From the NCBI GenBank assembly GCA_002633005.1, contig NMRA01000053.1:832711-896710 (forward strand): a DNA stretch of 64,000 nt, in the 5' to 3' direction. Every line of letters starts with the position of its first letter. Within the stretch, counting starts at the first letter, position 1. Positions 35,101 through 49,658 of this stretch are shown here, piece after piece. Under the pieces are notes generated by a model that saw only the letters and a program-made list of their open reading frames with translations, did no database searches and was not told where the DNA came from. A program made the position numbers and the translations under genes. Source of the DNA: Phoronis australis. Taxonomy: Eukaryota > Animalia > Phoronida.

Positions 35101-37692
35101 TTACTGGAACAGCCCTGAGGAAACTGTACCTTTTCCCTAACTTTAATGTATTGCCCATACAGATTTTACTGGAACAGCCCTGAGGAAACTGTACCTTTTC
35201 CCTAACTTTAATGTATTGCCCATACAGATTTTACTGGAACAGCCCTGAGGAAACTGTACCTTTTCCCTAACTTTAATGTATTGCCCATACAGATTTTACT
35301 GGAACAGCCCTGAAGAAACTGTACCTTTTCCCTAACTTTAACGTATTGCCCGATTCAGAAAGCACACAATACTCAACAACATTTACAATCTAGAACTTTT
35401 CTGTTTGGGATACAACATAGCAAACATTTCAAATTTTTTTTTTTGTCAAATTTCTCAACAAAATAATTTACAGGAAAATCTGCTTTGCTCTAACCACGTT
35501 TTTTTCTGTGGCTATTACCAAACAGCATTTAGTAAAATGTTAAACAATTGTAACAATGTGGTAAGCCTCTGAAAAATCGAAATAATATGGCAATTTTAGC
35601 TAAATTTGTTTCTGTTCCAAAGTGTAGAATTTTTACCGTGAATTTGTACTGAAGATGGCAATTTTGACTTAACTTCTAATGACCACAGAGCGTGGCTTCA
35701 AATTATGAAATGTTTGTCAAACCATACATTATTTTACCTGTACTATGCGCACGCTGAACGAATACTTACTTTCATTGGGATCGATGGTGCAAAACGGATA
35801 GTTCTCAGCCTGTGCTGAACTTTTGGTCAACACATTGAAGAAGGTAGACTTCCTGTCAATTGAAACTTCTAGTAACATAATGTCGATCAATTGAAAGTGC
35901 TAGTAACATTATAATGTTGATCAATTGAAAGTACTAGTAACATTATAATGTTGATCAATTGAAAGAACTAGTAACATTATAATGTTGATCAGTTGAAAGT
36001 ACTAGAAACATTACAATGTTGATCAAATGAAAGTACTAGTAACATTATAATGTTGATCAACTGAAAGTACTAGAAACATTACAATGTTGATCAAATGAAA
36101 GTACTAGTAACATTATAATGTTGATCAATTGAAAGTACTAGTAACATTATAATGTTGATCAGTTGAAAGTACTAGTAATATTATAATGTTGATCAGTTGA
36201 AAGTACTGGAAACATTACAATGTTGATCAAATGAAAGTACTAGTAACATTATAATGTTGATCAAATGAAAGTACTAGTAACATTACAATGTTGATCAACT
36301 GAAAGTACTAGAAACATTACAATGTTGATCAAATGAAAGTACTAGTAACATTATAATGTTGATCAGTTGAAAGTACTAGAAACATTACAATGTTGATCAA
36401 ATGAAAGTACTAGTAACATTATAATGTTGATCAGTTGAAAGTACTAGTAACATTATAATGTTGATCAATTGAAAGTACTAGTAACATTATAATGTTGATC
36501 AATTGAAAGTTCCAGTAACATTATAATGTTGATCAGTTAAAAGTACTAGAAACATTACAATGTTGATCAAATGAAAGTACTAGTAACACTATAATGTTGA
36601 TCAATTGAAATGCTAGTTATCCTGACACAGCAAAAACCAAGGCATTCGAATTCGAAACTAAAAATCAGATGCAAAGAAATTATGAGTGGTCAAAAAGACA
36701 GTGAAAATTGTTGAAAATTCAAAGTTGGCCACTTGGCTAAAAGAGGACCTTAACCCAACAGATAAGAAATAAAAAACAACTGTCAATATACGAAACAATG
36801 TGGTTTTCCAAAGTCAAGGTGTGCAAAGACTCTCAGTATTGTTAATATGCCAAATACAACAGCTGTGTAAAATGCTGCTACAAGGCTCAATTTGACAATC
36901 TGCAGGTTGTGAATGTGACCTTTCATTTGGTTCTAAAGGCAACCTGGTAAACACCCCAAGTTGTCATTAAGTTGCCACACACACACGTGTTGAAAACACT
37001 GTTTGAAGTATACCGGCAGGAGTCAGAAGTGATCGGGCAATGTATCCTGATCCTACGTTTTTCGGGCTAGTAGGAGGTGAGCCTGCGCCATAATATTGGA
37101 CACTTGGGGGAAATTAAAGGTTGCCGACCAAATAGCGTACCTTTAATCAACCATTCAAATAAAAGAACAAAAAAGACGCACAGAATGCATGGCTAGACTT
37201 GCGACAGACACTAGCTGAATACGACGATGCTTCACTTCAGGCACTTGTTGGCATTTAGTCATTTTCGACTGTCATTAACTACTAATGTCGTTTGTGGATC
37301 CGGGGAAGTTTGCACCCCTGAATACAGTGTTCACTTATTTGGCAACCGCATTTTTCCTTTGGTTGCATTTGGTGAGTCGGCATTAAGCCAAGCACCATGT
37401 CCTTTAGTAACAACAATGTTGCCGTGTTTTACATTACACGATACTGTCAAATACGAGATATAACAGATCGTGCAAGTCCGACCTCACTCGTCCTATCTTT
37501 TTGTGTCTTGTTTTGTAACATCAGCCGTCTGTCTCTTGGATTACTTCTCAACCCTGACAATACTCAAACAACATGTTCAGTAACTCACCCAACATTTGGC
37601 AGTCCCACAATCCCCACCTTTAGGTTGGTACCCACACGTCCTATCAACTGAGGGGTTGCAGCGTCCCCGTCACCCTTCTTTTTGGGAGGCAT
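20149..37692 (-). CDS. OLA1: Obg-like ATPase 1 (YchF/OLA1); coding exons 37692-37589, 35852-35770, 32335-32275, 30548-30421, 28644-28469, 27394-27317, 25217-25120, 22958-22818, 22228-22132, 21355-21233, 20259-20149; 399 aa
   Basis: [35 protein letters not shown]|[27 protein letters not shown]|[10 protein letters not shown]...|[32 protein letters not shown]...|[20 protein letters not shown]...|...[24 protein letters not shown]|...[16 protein letters not shown]|[25 protein letters not shown]...|...[26 protein letters not shown]-loop, NxxE G4 motif and TGS domain present; all introns GT-AG; 1200 nt total. Confidence 0.96.
21997..22145 (-). repeat. 26-bp tandem repeat made of the OLA1 coding exon 9 end plus its splice donor (TTGGACTATTCAG|GTATATTTTGGTC), about 5.5 copies
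   Basis: Units directly visible; the first unit overlaps the coding exon (WTIQ). Confidence 0.92.
23908..24091. repeat. 37-bp minisatellite, 5 copies (ATGGACTCTCGTTCAAACTCCCAGTATATTTGTCACT)
   Basis: Visible tandem units with few substitutions. Confidence 0.92.
24218..24350. repeat. Tandem duplication of about 64 bp
   Basis: TGCCAGACATACTAAACATACATCATGGTC...GGGACTAG occurs twice. Confidence 0.85.
25713..26281. mobile_element. PIF/Harbinger-like MITE with TIR GGGCTGTTCCAGTAAAATCTGTATGGGAGGGGGG
   Basis: Near-perfect TIRs of about 35 bp; flanking TTA/CTA triplets; second copy at 32511-33765. Confidence 0.75.
31288..32027 (+). mobile_element. 5'-truncated non-LTR retrotransposon (RNase H plus CCHC; I/LOA/Proto-like), recent insertion in an OLA1 intron
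   Basis: Uninterrupted frame ...[21 protein letters not shown]...ILTSHCNL...[21 protein letters not shown] to the stop at 31915. Perfect 14-bp TSD TTATACCGACCTCT at 31274-31287 and 32028-32041; 3' hairpin GTCTGATG/CATCAGAC; T-rich tail. Confidence 0.9.
32511..33765. mobile_element. Second copy of the GGGCTGTTCCAG MITE family, enlarged by nested material including a HINE-like fragment (about 32690-33080)
   Basis: Ends GGGCTGTTTCAGTAAAAT and ATTTTGCTGGAACAGCCC; internal GACAGACGGACCGACC microsatellite and CCAAATTTCAT motifs. Confidence 0.65.
34243..34695. other. Assembly gap (N run)
   Basis: Run of N. Confidence 1.
34696..35351. repeat. 65-bp tandem repeat, 10 copies, containing the right TIR of the GGGCTGTTCCAG MITE plus flank
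   Basis: Unit TTGCCCATACAGATTTTACTGGAACAGCCCTGAGGAAACTGTACCTTTTCCCTAACTTTAATGTA; nine identical copies and a last copy with two changes; abuts the gap. Confidence 0.95.
35855..36615. repeat. 34-bp minisatellite, about 22 copies (AACATTATAATGTTGATCAATTGAAAGTACTAGT), abutting the OLA1 coding exon 2 acceptor
   Basis: Visible units; the consensus contains palindromes AACATTATAATGTT, TTGATCAA, TCAATTGA and TACTAGTA. Confidence 0.95.
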
Positions 37693-37997
37693 GATTAGGA
37701 AAACCGTCCTGTAAAAATAAATTATGCGCACGATAAATCAAACAACAAAATTTTAGAATTACATAGCACCTCTAAAGTGACATAAAACCATTTTATAGAT
37801 CTTCTAATGTATGGGTGCCATCCCACTTCCTAATGATAAGCATATGTTGGGAGGTAATCAAAACTTTATGATACTTAAGGTACATGTCTTAAGTATTCAG
37901 ACAAAATGAAACAGAATTTATCCCATCATGACGTCTGGACGAAAACAAATTCTTCGTCAAGAGTAGCTTTCCCTTATAACTGACAATGAGGGGGAAT

Positions 37998-38326
37998 TCT
38001 TCTTCTTCAGTGTTCCCGGCCATGTAGCTTAGATAGTCAGTCTGGTCTTTTAGGCGAAGTCTGCAGTTCGCTGCAATGATGCCGTCGGGCCCCACAGTTT
38101 TACCTTGAATTCCACCGGACTGGGCCATGTCTGGCGCCTTAGGGTATCGAGCATAGGACAGCTCTGCAGTAAATGCTCAGGTGTCTGGGGGACAGTGCCA
38201 CAGGGGCACTCGTCTGTGTGAGAGATTTTCAGGCGATGCATGTGGGAGAGCAGCTGCAGTGGCTGGTTCTTAACCTGAAGATAGTGACTTGTTCCTGCCG
38301 GTCAAGCTGGTGGATATAGTCTTCTT
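37998..38326 (-). mobile_element. 5'-truncated I/Ingi-group LINE 3' end with a (GAA)n tail
   Basis: Minus strand QEQVTIFRLRTSH...HRLKISHTDECPCGTVPQTPEHLLQSCP...KLWG; tail AACACTGAAGAAGAAGA; TSD TGAGGGGGAAT (37987-37997) and TGAGGAGGAAT (38327-38337). Confidence 0.85.
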
Positions 38327-41300
38327 TGAGGAGGAATGAACAAGTAATCTAGTAAGGTTTCAAAGCCATTCTGTTAATTACAATTTTGCTGCCATTATAG
38401 TTCCTACAAGTATTTTTTTCTATTAACAGAGTTCACCATCATTGTTGAGAAACATTTTGTCTGATTACTTTTGCCCTATACTGTACCAGAGGGCAAAGCC
38501 CTAACACACACAAGCAGAAGCTAGGACCCTGGTCACACACAATTAGTGTCATTGCTTTGTACCAAATATCATGTGCGACAAATGGCTTTTATTACAGGTA
38601 ATACTTCTTGTATTGTGTGGTGTTTTCAGGTGAGGTGCAAGGGTTTCCCACCACGACATGTATTTCAAGGCTGATGGTAAGGGTTCGATTACCTCCTCTA
38701 TTTCTGCAAACAAGTGAACACTTTGTGCGTATTTCCTTACATAGGATACGTTGCACTGAGATTTAGCAACATTTCTGTCACGTTTATGACATAACAGAGT
38801 GCGTAATTTTCTAAAATTTACAAACTTACGCAATTATGACTATATTTCTTCAGTAATTAGCTGTCATACAGAATTTGTTAAATGTACGACACTTTTCATT
38901 GTTCACAGTCTTTATTCCGTTACGTTCGTACTTTCGGAACAAAACTCTACTCTCAACTGAACAAAGATACAGTAACTGACCTAGCGTCAAAAAGAAATAT
39001 AAATTACGGAACTTATTTTTGTCAAATAAGTCTCCTCATAATTCTTGCCATGATAATCCATTATCAACAAAAACATCCAAACCATCACCATCTCAAGAAA
39101 AGCCTTAAAGCGGCTTCTGTCACAAAAATTGATTTAGACCACTTACTGTAATGAAATTGGTTTCAAATCATTCCTTAGTGAAAACAGGTATGATTTCAGG
39201 GCTCGCAAAGCGCAGACAGCTTGCTATTGATTATGTTCAGGTTCTACAAGTTGAGTTGTCAAGGCAAGTCATTTTGCCAAGCATGGTCTCGAGGAATGGC
39301 AAACTGAAATTTAATTCTTTGTAAGATCAGGTTTATTGGCCACAGGCTGATTGACGCTTGGAAAAGTTTATTGAGATTGGCAAACCATAAAATTGTGAAT
39401 CGCAAACGCATTATAGTCTTGACTATTACCACATATCAGTCACATTTTAGTCATCAAGTGACTAAACTGGGGTAAAGTAATATTCTCTATTCATACTACT
39501 AAAACTTGATCTTTCTGTGCAAAAAAATTGTCTCACAATAGGTGAATGCTTCGTAGCCTAGCTGTACAAAGAGATCACTCACACAGTGGCCAATGCATCA
39601 TCTGTGGAATGTGCACTGAGTGAACAATCCTGGTGAACCTACAGTATTGTTGATCTCTACAGCAAAACAATCTTCGATAGATTTCTAGCCAGAAAATTTT
39701 GAATTTATTAGATTGTATTCTTGATTTTAGGTAATTAAAAAACAAAAATATAAAACATTATCTATCTACTACTGGAATATTCCGTTCCAATCTTTAATTC
39801 TGTGAAAGAAGTCAGATTCGTGGAATTACTTGCATTTTCTGCAAACGCAGCAAAAAGACCAGGATCTCAAGAAAAGTACAGAATTGTAAACTGGTAAATA
39901 TTACATTCCATTCAGGGTTTCAGCTCGTCTGTCTGCAAGTTGGGGCACCCTTACTACAGACGGCCAAATTATGAGTAAGAGTGTCTCCGGCAATGTTGTC
40001 AGATTTTAGCCTCTTGCTTGATTTCAAGCAGTGATAAGCACTGAGTGGAATGTGCCTTAGCATTCGGTTTTTTCAACTTTTGCATTTTTATAAGGCAAAC
40101 CGGACACCAGTATCTTTATGGACCACACTTGTGAAGTGTGTTTAGTGCTTGAATGAAATGCAGTGATGGAAGTACCAGCATGATATTGAGAACCAGGCAT
40201 TCACGAATAACGAGCCTGTTAATCGATGGATGGAACGGCTACATGCAGTGCCTTTCACAAACAACAAAAATTTTAGACGGTGAGTCTGCAGTGTGGGTGG
40301 TTGAACACATGGCCTCTCCACTTAATGGATAATGGCAGTCCCTGATTAATAACCCGTTTGTATTACAGATTTCAATACAGCTTAAGCCCTCCTTATGACT
40401 CAAGTCAGCATCTGCAAACAGTACCAGATTAGCTGTAATCATCAGCTTAAGCCGAACCCGCTGGACAAGGAGGTTTTGAACCGAATGAAGTCTCCGTCAA
40501 AAGCATATCTTACAGGTGTTAATGGGCAATTGAATCGTATAGACTCGGATAAGAAAAGTGATGTATTGTGCATTTGCAGATATTGGTTCCTCTGTCTATA
40601 TTTTCGTCCATGACTTCTCACGTCGTTGATACACGTCTGACATTCCACAACACATCATCATCTCACAACAAAACTGAACACGCAACTGTCATCGTGGGAT
40701 TCTTGAGAGAACAAAACTTCAGAAAATTAAAAACGAAAGCTGATATACGTAACATCCCAACACACAGCATTTTATAAAGAAAGTTCCTGACAGGAAGACA
40801 GGTGAGTATGTATAGCTGAATTCTCCCAGCAGACCTCACTGTGTCTAAATTGGTCTTGGTATGAAAGTGTAAATGGTGAGACAAAGCGATGAGACGGTCG
40901 AGGTACTATAAAACACAGAGACGTAACAATTTAAGTCCATAGACAAAGGGATATATTGACTTAAAGTAAGTCAATCTGGAGGTATACCGTAAATGGGTAA
41001 TTAGAGACCCAGGCAATCACGAAACTGGTTCTTTAAGAGAGGGGGGGCCGTTATGTCCAGCTAGACCGTCTGTAAAAAGTATAGATGTTTCCACCGGCTT
41101 TGTTATTTACAGACAGGTTTACGTGAACCTGTCCTGGGCCCCTAGCCAAGGTATAGAACATCGTTAGAGAAGCAAGACCTCGCATGATATTAGACACATC
41201 GCACGCCAGTGGATATGATGTCATACCACCTGCCGCGCAGTGTTAAAAATGGCGAGTTTCCAATTTTGGAAACTGAACGAAGGACCCCTTGAAGGAAAAG

Positions 41301-41514
41301 TTTGATAACGGGAATATTTGTTCAAGTTGGGAGGAATTAAAACATCAATGGCCTCCTAAGGTGTACCTCTATGCGCAAAAGGTACTTATAACAATGTGAC
41401 TTTGATGTTTTGTTAGTGTAGGGCATAATTCGCCAAAAAGCTTCCAGCGTATGAAGCTCCTATAGAAGCTACACTGTCTGTAATTCAGTTAGAGGCCGGT
41501 GGCCACTGTCCACC

Positions 41515-42189
41515 CACAGGCATCCTCAGCTTCTGATCATCCCCAATACACTGCATATAATACTACAAGGTATGACACTAGAAATTCCACGGGTGCTTGG
41601 ATTCAGCCGTCCATATCAAACACATAACTCAATAAATTTACACAAAACAGGGGTTCAACAAACCATGAGCAATTGTTCTTTCTTATATCATTCACGGTGT
41701 CCTGCTCCAGCGAGTTCGCTAGAAATTCCCAGTCAAAGCACAAAAATGTTCCCAAAAAGCCCACATATACCTCGCATTTTGACGGTTCGAAGTCAAGACG
41801 GTACAGAAATTGCCGGTTTGTCGTAAAGTCACGATGTCGATAACTCTACACTTAGCCATCCTTCCGTAACTCATCGGTAATTCCCGTACTGTCCTTGACC
41901 TCGAACCGTCAAAGTGCGAGGTATGTGTGGGCTTTTTGGGAACATTTTGAGCTTTGACAGCGAATTTCTTGCAAACTCGCTGGAGTTGGAGCAGGACACC
42001 GTGAAAGGTATTACAAGAAAGAACAATTGTTCATGGTTTGTTTGTTGAACCGGTTTTGTGTAAATTCATTGAGTTATGTGTTTGATGGACGGCTGAATCA
42101 AAGCACCCATGGAATTTCTATTCCCGAGTGTCATACCTTGTAGTATTATGTAGTGTATTGGGGACGACCAGAAGCTGAGGACGCCTGTG
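41515..42189. mobile_element. Foldback MITE: inverted arms of about 300 bp, ends CACAGGC...GCCTGTG; relative at 53549-54705
   Basis: The arms align as reverse complements (e.g. CAAGGTATGACACT/AGTGTCATACCTTG, CAAACACATAACTCAAT/ATTGAGTTATGTGTTTG). Confidence 0.85.
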
Positions 42190-42508
42190 TCCAGCATGGT
42201 ATTGTCGTGTACTTTCATTGAAAGTTTCAATGAGAGTACGTGATTTGGGTTATATTTTCTCTAGGCGAGATAACCACTAAACGCTAATTTGTTGCCCACG
42301 TTGGCCTGCACACGTAACCTGTCAGTAAAAAAGTATTTAAAGACACGCTCCAGAAGGTTGTTAACCATGAAACACAATTTTGCGCAGATTAGGCAATGAC
42401 CATCGGGCCAACAGAGGCGATGGTCATTGCCTATGGGCCCTATTTAGTATACTGGGGAACCCAATGTTCGTCCGCCTAAGCATAAAACCGACTTGCTGTT
42501 GTACTCAC

Positions 42509-42650
42509 CGAATTATTCCACTTCAAAGTTATGATCTGAATAGGATTCGATTTAACTCTCACAGATATACCGCATTCATCGATTCGGAAGTTTTCTTTAA
42601 TTTGTGTCGAGTTATTTCAAATGTGCACTGCCTTCGGCAGCCATTTTATT
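42509..42650 (-). promoter_or_regulatory. Candidate non-coding first exon and TSS region of OLA1
   Basis: Minus-strand donor CG|GTGAGT at 42508 and YY1-like AAAATGGCTG near 42640. The ATG exon has an acceptor at 37710-37709, so an upstream exon is expected. Inference only. Confidence 0.4.
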
Positions 42651-42758
42651 GTGACACCTAAGTTCGTCATATGCTGCCCCCTTTTGTAAAAACTGAGAAA
42701 CATGCAGAAAAAGGCCAACGAAGTAATGAAAATTGCAACAGCCTGTTTTTATTGACAT

Positions 42759-43418
42759 NNNNNNNNNNNNNNNNNNNNNNNNNNNNNNNNNNNNNNNNNN
42801 NNNNNNNNNNNNNNNNNNNNNNNNNNNNNNNNNNNNNNNNNNNNNNNNNNNNNNNNNNNNNNNNNNNNNNNNNNNNNNNNNNNNNNNNNNNNNNNNNNNN
42901 NNNNNNNNNNNNNNNNNNNNNNNNNNNNNNNNNNNNNNNNNNNNNNNNNNNNNNNNNNNNNNNNNNNNNNNNNNNNNNNNNNNNNNNNNNNNNNNNNNNN
43001 NNNNNNNNNNNNNNNNNNNNNNNNNNNNNNNNNNNNNNNNNNNNNNNNNNNNNNNNNNNNNNNNNNNNNNNNNNNNNNNNNNNNNNNNNNNNNNNNNNNN
43101 NNNNNNNNNNNNNNNNNNNNNNNNNNNNNNNNNNNNNNNNNNNNNNNNNNNNNNNNNNNNNNNNNNNNNNNNNNNNNNNNNNNNNNNNNNNNNNNNNNNN
43201 NNNNNNNNNNNNNNNNNNNNNNNNNNNNNNNNNNNNNNNNNNNNNNNNNNNNNNNNNNNNNNNNNNNNNNNNNNNNNNNNNNNNNNNNNNNNNNNNNNNN
43301 NNNNNNNNNNNNNNNNNNNNNNNNNNNNNNNNNNNNNNNNNNNNNNNNNNNNNNNNNNNNNNNNNNNNNNNNNNNNNNNNNNNNNNNNNNNNNNNNNNNN
43401 NNNNNNNNNNNNNNNNNN
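42759..43418. other. Assembly gap (N run)
   Basis: Run of N. Confidence 1.
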
Positions 43419-46400
43419 ATGAAACTCGAAATTAGGTTCGGCATTTTCTACTCTACTTTTGGGCGAACTCAAGATAAGTGTCTATTATTCTATGTTCGAG
43501 TACACAATAACTTACGTAGATAATTTATTGCCCTTAGTTCACAGTTTTTAAACCCAATATCAAAGCAATAAGTTCGAGTTTGAACTCGAAATTTCGAGTT
43601 TTTACTCGAGTTTGTAGCACGATTATAAAGGTCTTCAAGGGCAAACTTGAACTAGAAACTCATATGCATAAACTATAATGTATTCGAGCACAGTCTGATA
43701 ACCAATTATCTTAAGTTCGCACAAAGGAGCAGAGAAAATGCCAAAAATAGTTTTGAGTTCGTTTCGAGTACAAACTTGAGATTAGAGACCGGGCCCGTGG
43801 CACACTCAGGTGCCGGGCGGCCAACGGGATCCGCCTGGGGCCAACGCGGCTGTTCACGGCTTCGACATTGCACTGCACTAAACCTAATTACATATAATTC
43901 ACGTTAATTTTAAACAGTCCTTTTTTAACAACTGGCGATCTTATTCACGGAACAGTAATTGATAATTGCACATTCCCCTAGCTGTTGACACAAAAATACG
44001 CCGTTAGTCACTGATGTGGGTCAGTGATGAGGTCAATAATTACAGAAATTCTTTACACAGAACAAAAAATTCACCTAATTGCCCAAATGAATATTCAGTT
44101 CCAAGTTCACGCATACCCGATCATGACATTAAGCAACGCTTCACTCTCTATAGCTGTGAGGGCTTGCCGCGAGCGTTGGGCGGCGGGGCCGGTCCCGGCT
44201 GCACTCGTCGGCGTCAGTGCTGCACCGCCCATGTAAAAAGATAACCCTAATTTGATGATTTCAACCAATCCTCGTTCTGTCACACGTGCTCGTGCTCATG
44301 CCAATAACTAAAAACTCAAAGTAGCCAAGTAGACCGACCTATCAGTGCTGAAGTTACAGAGGTCCTTTCGATCGTCACGATGCCGTGTGAAGCTGACTAA
44401 TCAGAGTTGCCGGATCGCGGCATGTCCCTCACTATTACGATTTCCGCTCTCCAGTCTTAGTGTCTCTACGTCCCTCTCATTTGTACTTTTACGTAGGCCT
44501 TTCGGCGCACCAATGGTTTGTCTTTGCTCAGTGATGGACCATTCGATCCGGCTATTGGGGCTCGCCAACGCCATATAGTGTCTCTGATATTTTTTTCTTC
44601 TTTGTTAATAATTTTACCGAATTATTAAAGTTTCAGCACTGTCCCATCGTACCAGTGATCTCAACACGTCAGATTAATTGTACGTTTGGAACTAGTTTGG
44701 AAGGACCCCCGTTTTCATCGGATGATTTAAGCCAAGGCCTAATATGCATCACTGGGAGTCAATCTTGAACGCAAAATCAAGAATCGACTAAACTCATACG
44801 CCCTATTGTTCTCGTTGTGTGGGCCCTTCCCGTAGTTGCCATGCAATTCGCTGAATGCTCAGGTCACTCTCGAGTTTAAGCCGACTTCCTTGCCGAAAAG
44901 ACTCAACTGTCCTCGGCAAATTTCTAAGAGTTACAGAGCATTATTTTGTTTCAGGGAATTGAATAGATAATTAGTTCTTAATATCCATCAATAGGCCAAA
45001 ACAGGATTTGGTATCCGTTTAAAGATCCGACCACATAGGACCGACTATTGATGGCTTGATTTTGTGGCTGAACAACAGCTCGTTCAGTTTTTTTGGTGAT
45101 AGTATTTCATATAAAACGGCGCTTCTTCACAATTTTGTTGAACGTCGTTTGGAAATGGTATTTTTCAGTAAATATCGAGCCCTCGTTTTTTAGGATGGGT
45201 GCGCGGATGCAACCGATCTTTTTTAAAAACCCTTCCTCCGCCAAAACCCATTTTTGTGGACCATCTATTTCTTTCCCAACAAAAGTGCTCCGCTGGCTTG
45301 TAAAGACCTTCCCGTTATTACTGGATTGTCGTCGACACATAAAGTAGCAATTGCCAGCTCTTTAGTAAACAAACTTGCATTGCATTTTATTTCACCGTAC
45401 ATGTACTTTTTTCCTGTTATCTGTATTGGTCTTTCCAATTGTGGCAGGACGGACTGTTGGCCGTTAGCGCCAGTCACTATTCACATTTCAATGTCCATTG
45501 TTATTTGCTGGCTAGTCATTGATGGGCAAATGCCCAGGCTGGTTCTCTTGAAAACGCGTGGTTCGAGTCGGGTCTTTATCGGAGTTTGTGAAGAGTGGCT
45601 GTATCGTCTACATACGTGCAATACAAGATTAAACTGCGCAGTCGCTCGTCATATTTACTTGTGAACCGCGTATGGTGACATCTATTAAATTTTACTGTTA
45701 CTTAGTAATGGCCAGCTATTAGCGACCCTGCCTTAGCTAGCCACCCAGTCACGTAACAATGCCATTAAAAAATAGCCTCTATCCCTCCCATAAATCATCT
45801 AATCCAGTACAGAAGTAGATGCACTAATGGCGTACCTTGAGGCTCACATAACCTGCATCATGCGGTGTTATTCCCCAACACCACGTCATGAACAAGGTTG
45901 AGTGAGTTACAGGTCATTCTCAACACAAAGCTGGTTCTTAAAAAACATTTGGCAATTTTAAACCTATTTCATTTTCACATGGTGGCTATATGCTGAGTTT
46001 CCAACTTATTTGACCAAGCAATCAGAGATATGGAATTAGCCCCGAATTAGGGAATGGGCTGTAAGTCACATTAATTATTTTTATTTATAGTAGATTTAAA
46101 ATGACTTCGTCTGTGCTCTGGAAAGTGGTATGAATGAGGAAAGCAACTTCAAGGTTGTCCACCAAAAGAAACTAAGAAATTATAATACAAAAATTAATTA
46201 TATTCTACAGTCCTTGATCTTCATTTAGCAAAAGTGATAAAATAAGCTGCTAGGCAAACTAAGGTAAAATGATGCATGTCAGTACAACATATAGTGCCAT
46301 GAACAGAACAACACAAAACAGGAGTAACACATCGTAAAACTGGTCTATTGGGAAGAAATAAACCTAGTATGAAACCTGAATCAATCCAGTATCGACTAAT

Positions 46401-46918
46401 TGCACAGACTTTCTGATATTTAAAATGGTCAACTGTTTACCCTCAATGCATTAAAGTAAGCACAAACTTTGTACTATTGGATTTACTTGTCTCATATCTA
46501 GAACCAGTAACGTTTACAATAGGTAAGTTGTGTTGTTGTCGTCGTTTTTGATACTACAGCCAAGTAAACCAGATCCAACAGTATACATATTCAGTGAAGA
46601 AATTAGCATTCAAAGACAGACAGGCCCATTACTTGGCAAAGTTTTCCTTACAGTATTACCATGGCAATAACCAACATCAGCTGCTCCAAAATAAAAACCA
46701 CACTCCAGTCTGATAAAGAGTACCGCTTTTATCTCAACACAGAATGGAAAATATCGTGAATGTTAAAACTATCCATGTCACCTTTGCAGAACACTGAGAA
46801 TGTAACTAAAGGATAGCAATTTTGCAGGTAGCTGTTCTGGTTCTCTGACTTTCACACGATCATAAAAAGAATGTACACTTCCACACAAGGAAGAACAAAT
46901 GTCATGTGACCCCGTTGG

Positions 46919-49658
<2,740 letters not shown>

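Noticed and set aside
34696-36615. CRISPR-like arrays suggested by the regular 65-bp and 34-bp repeats
   Set aside because: Units are head-to-tail with no unique spacers, there are no cas genes, and the context is a eukaryotic intron.
40200-40900. Cluster of short ORFs as a decayed gene
   Set aside because: No motif could be identified, so no call can be supported without a search.
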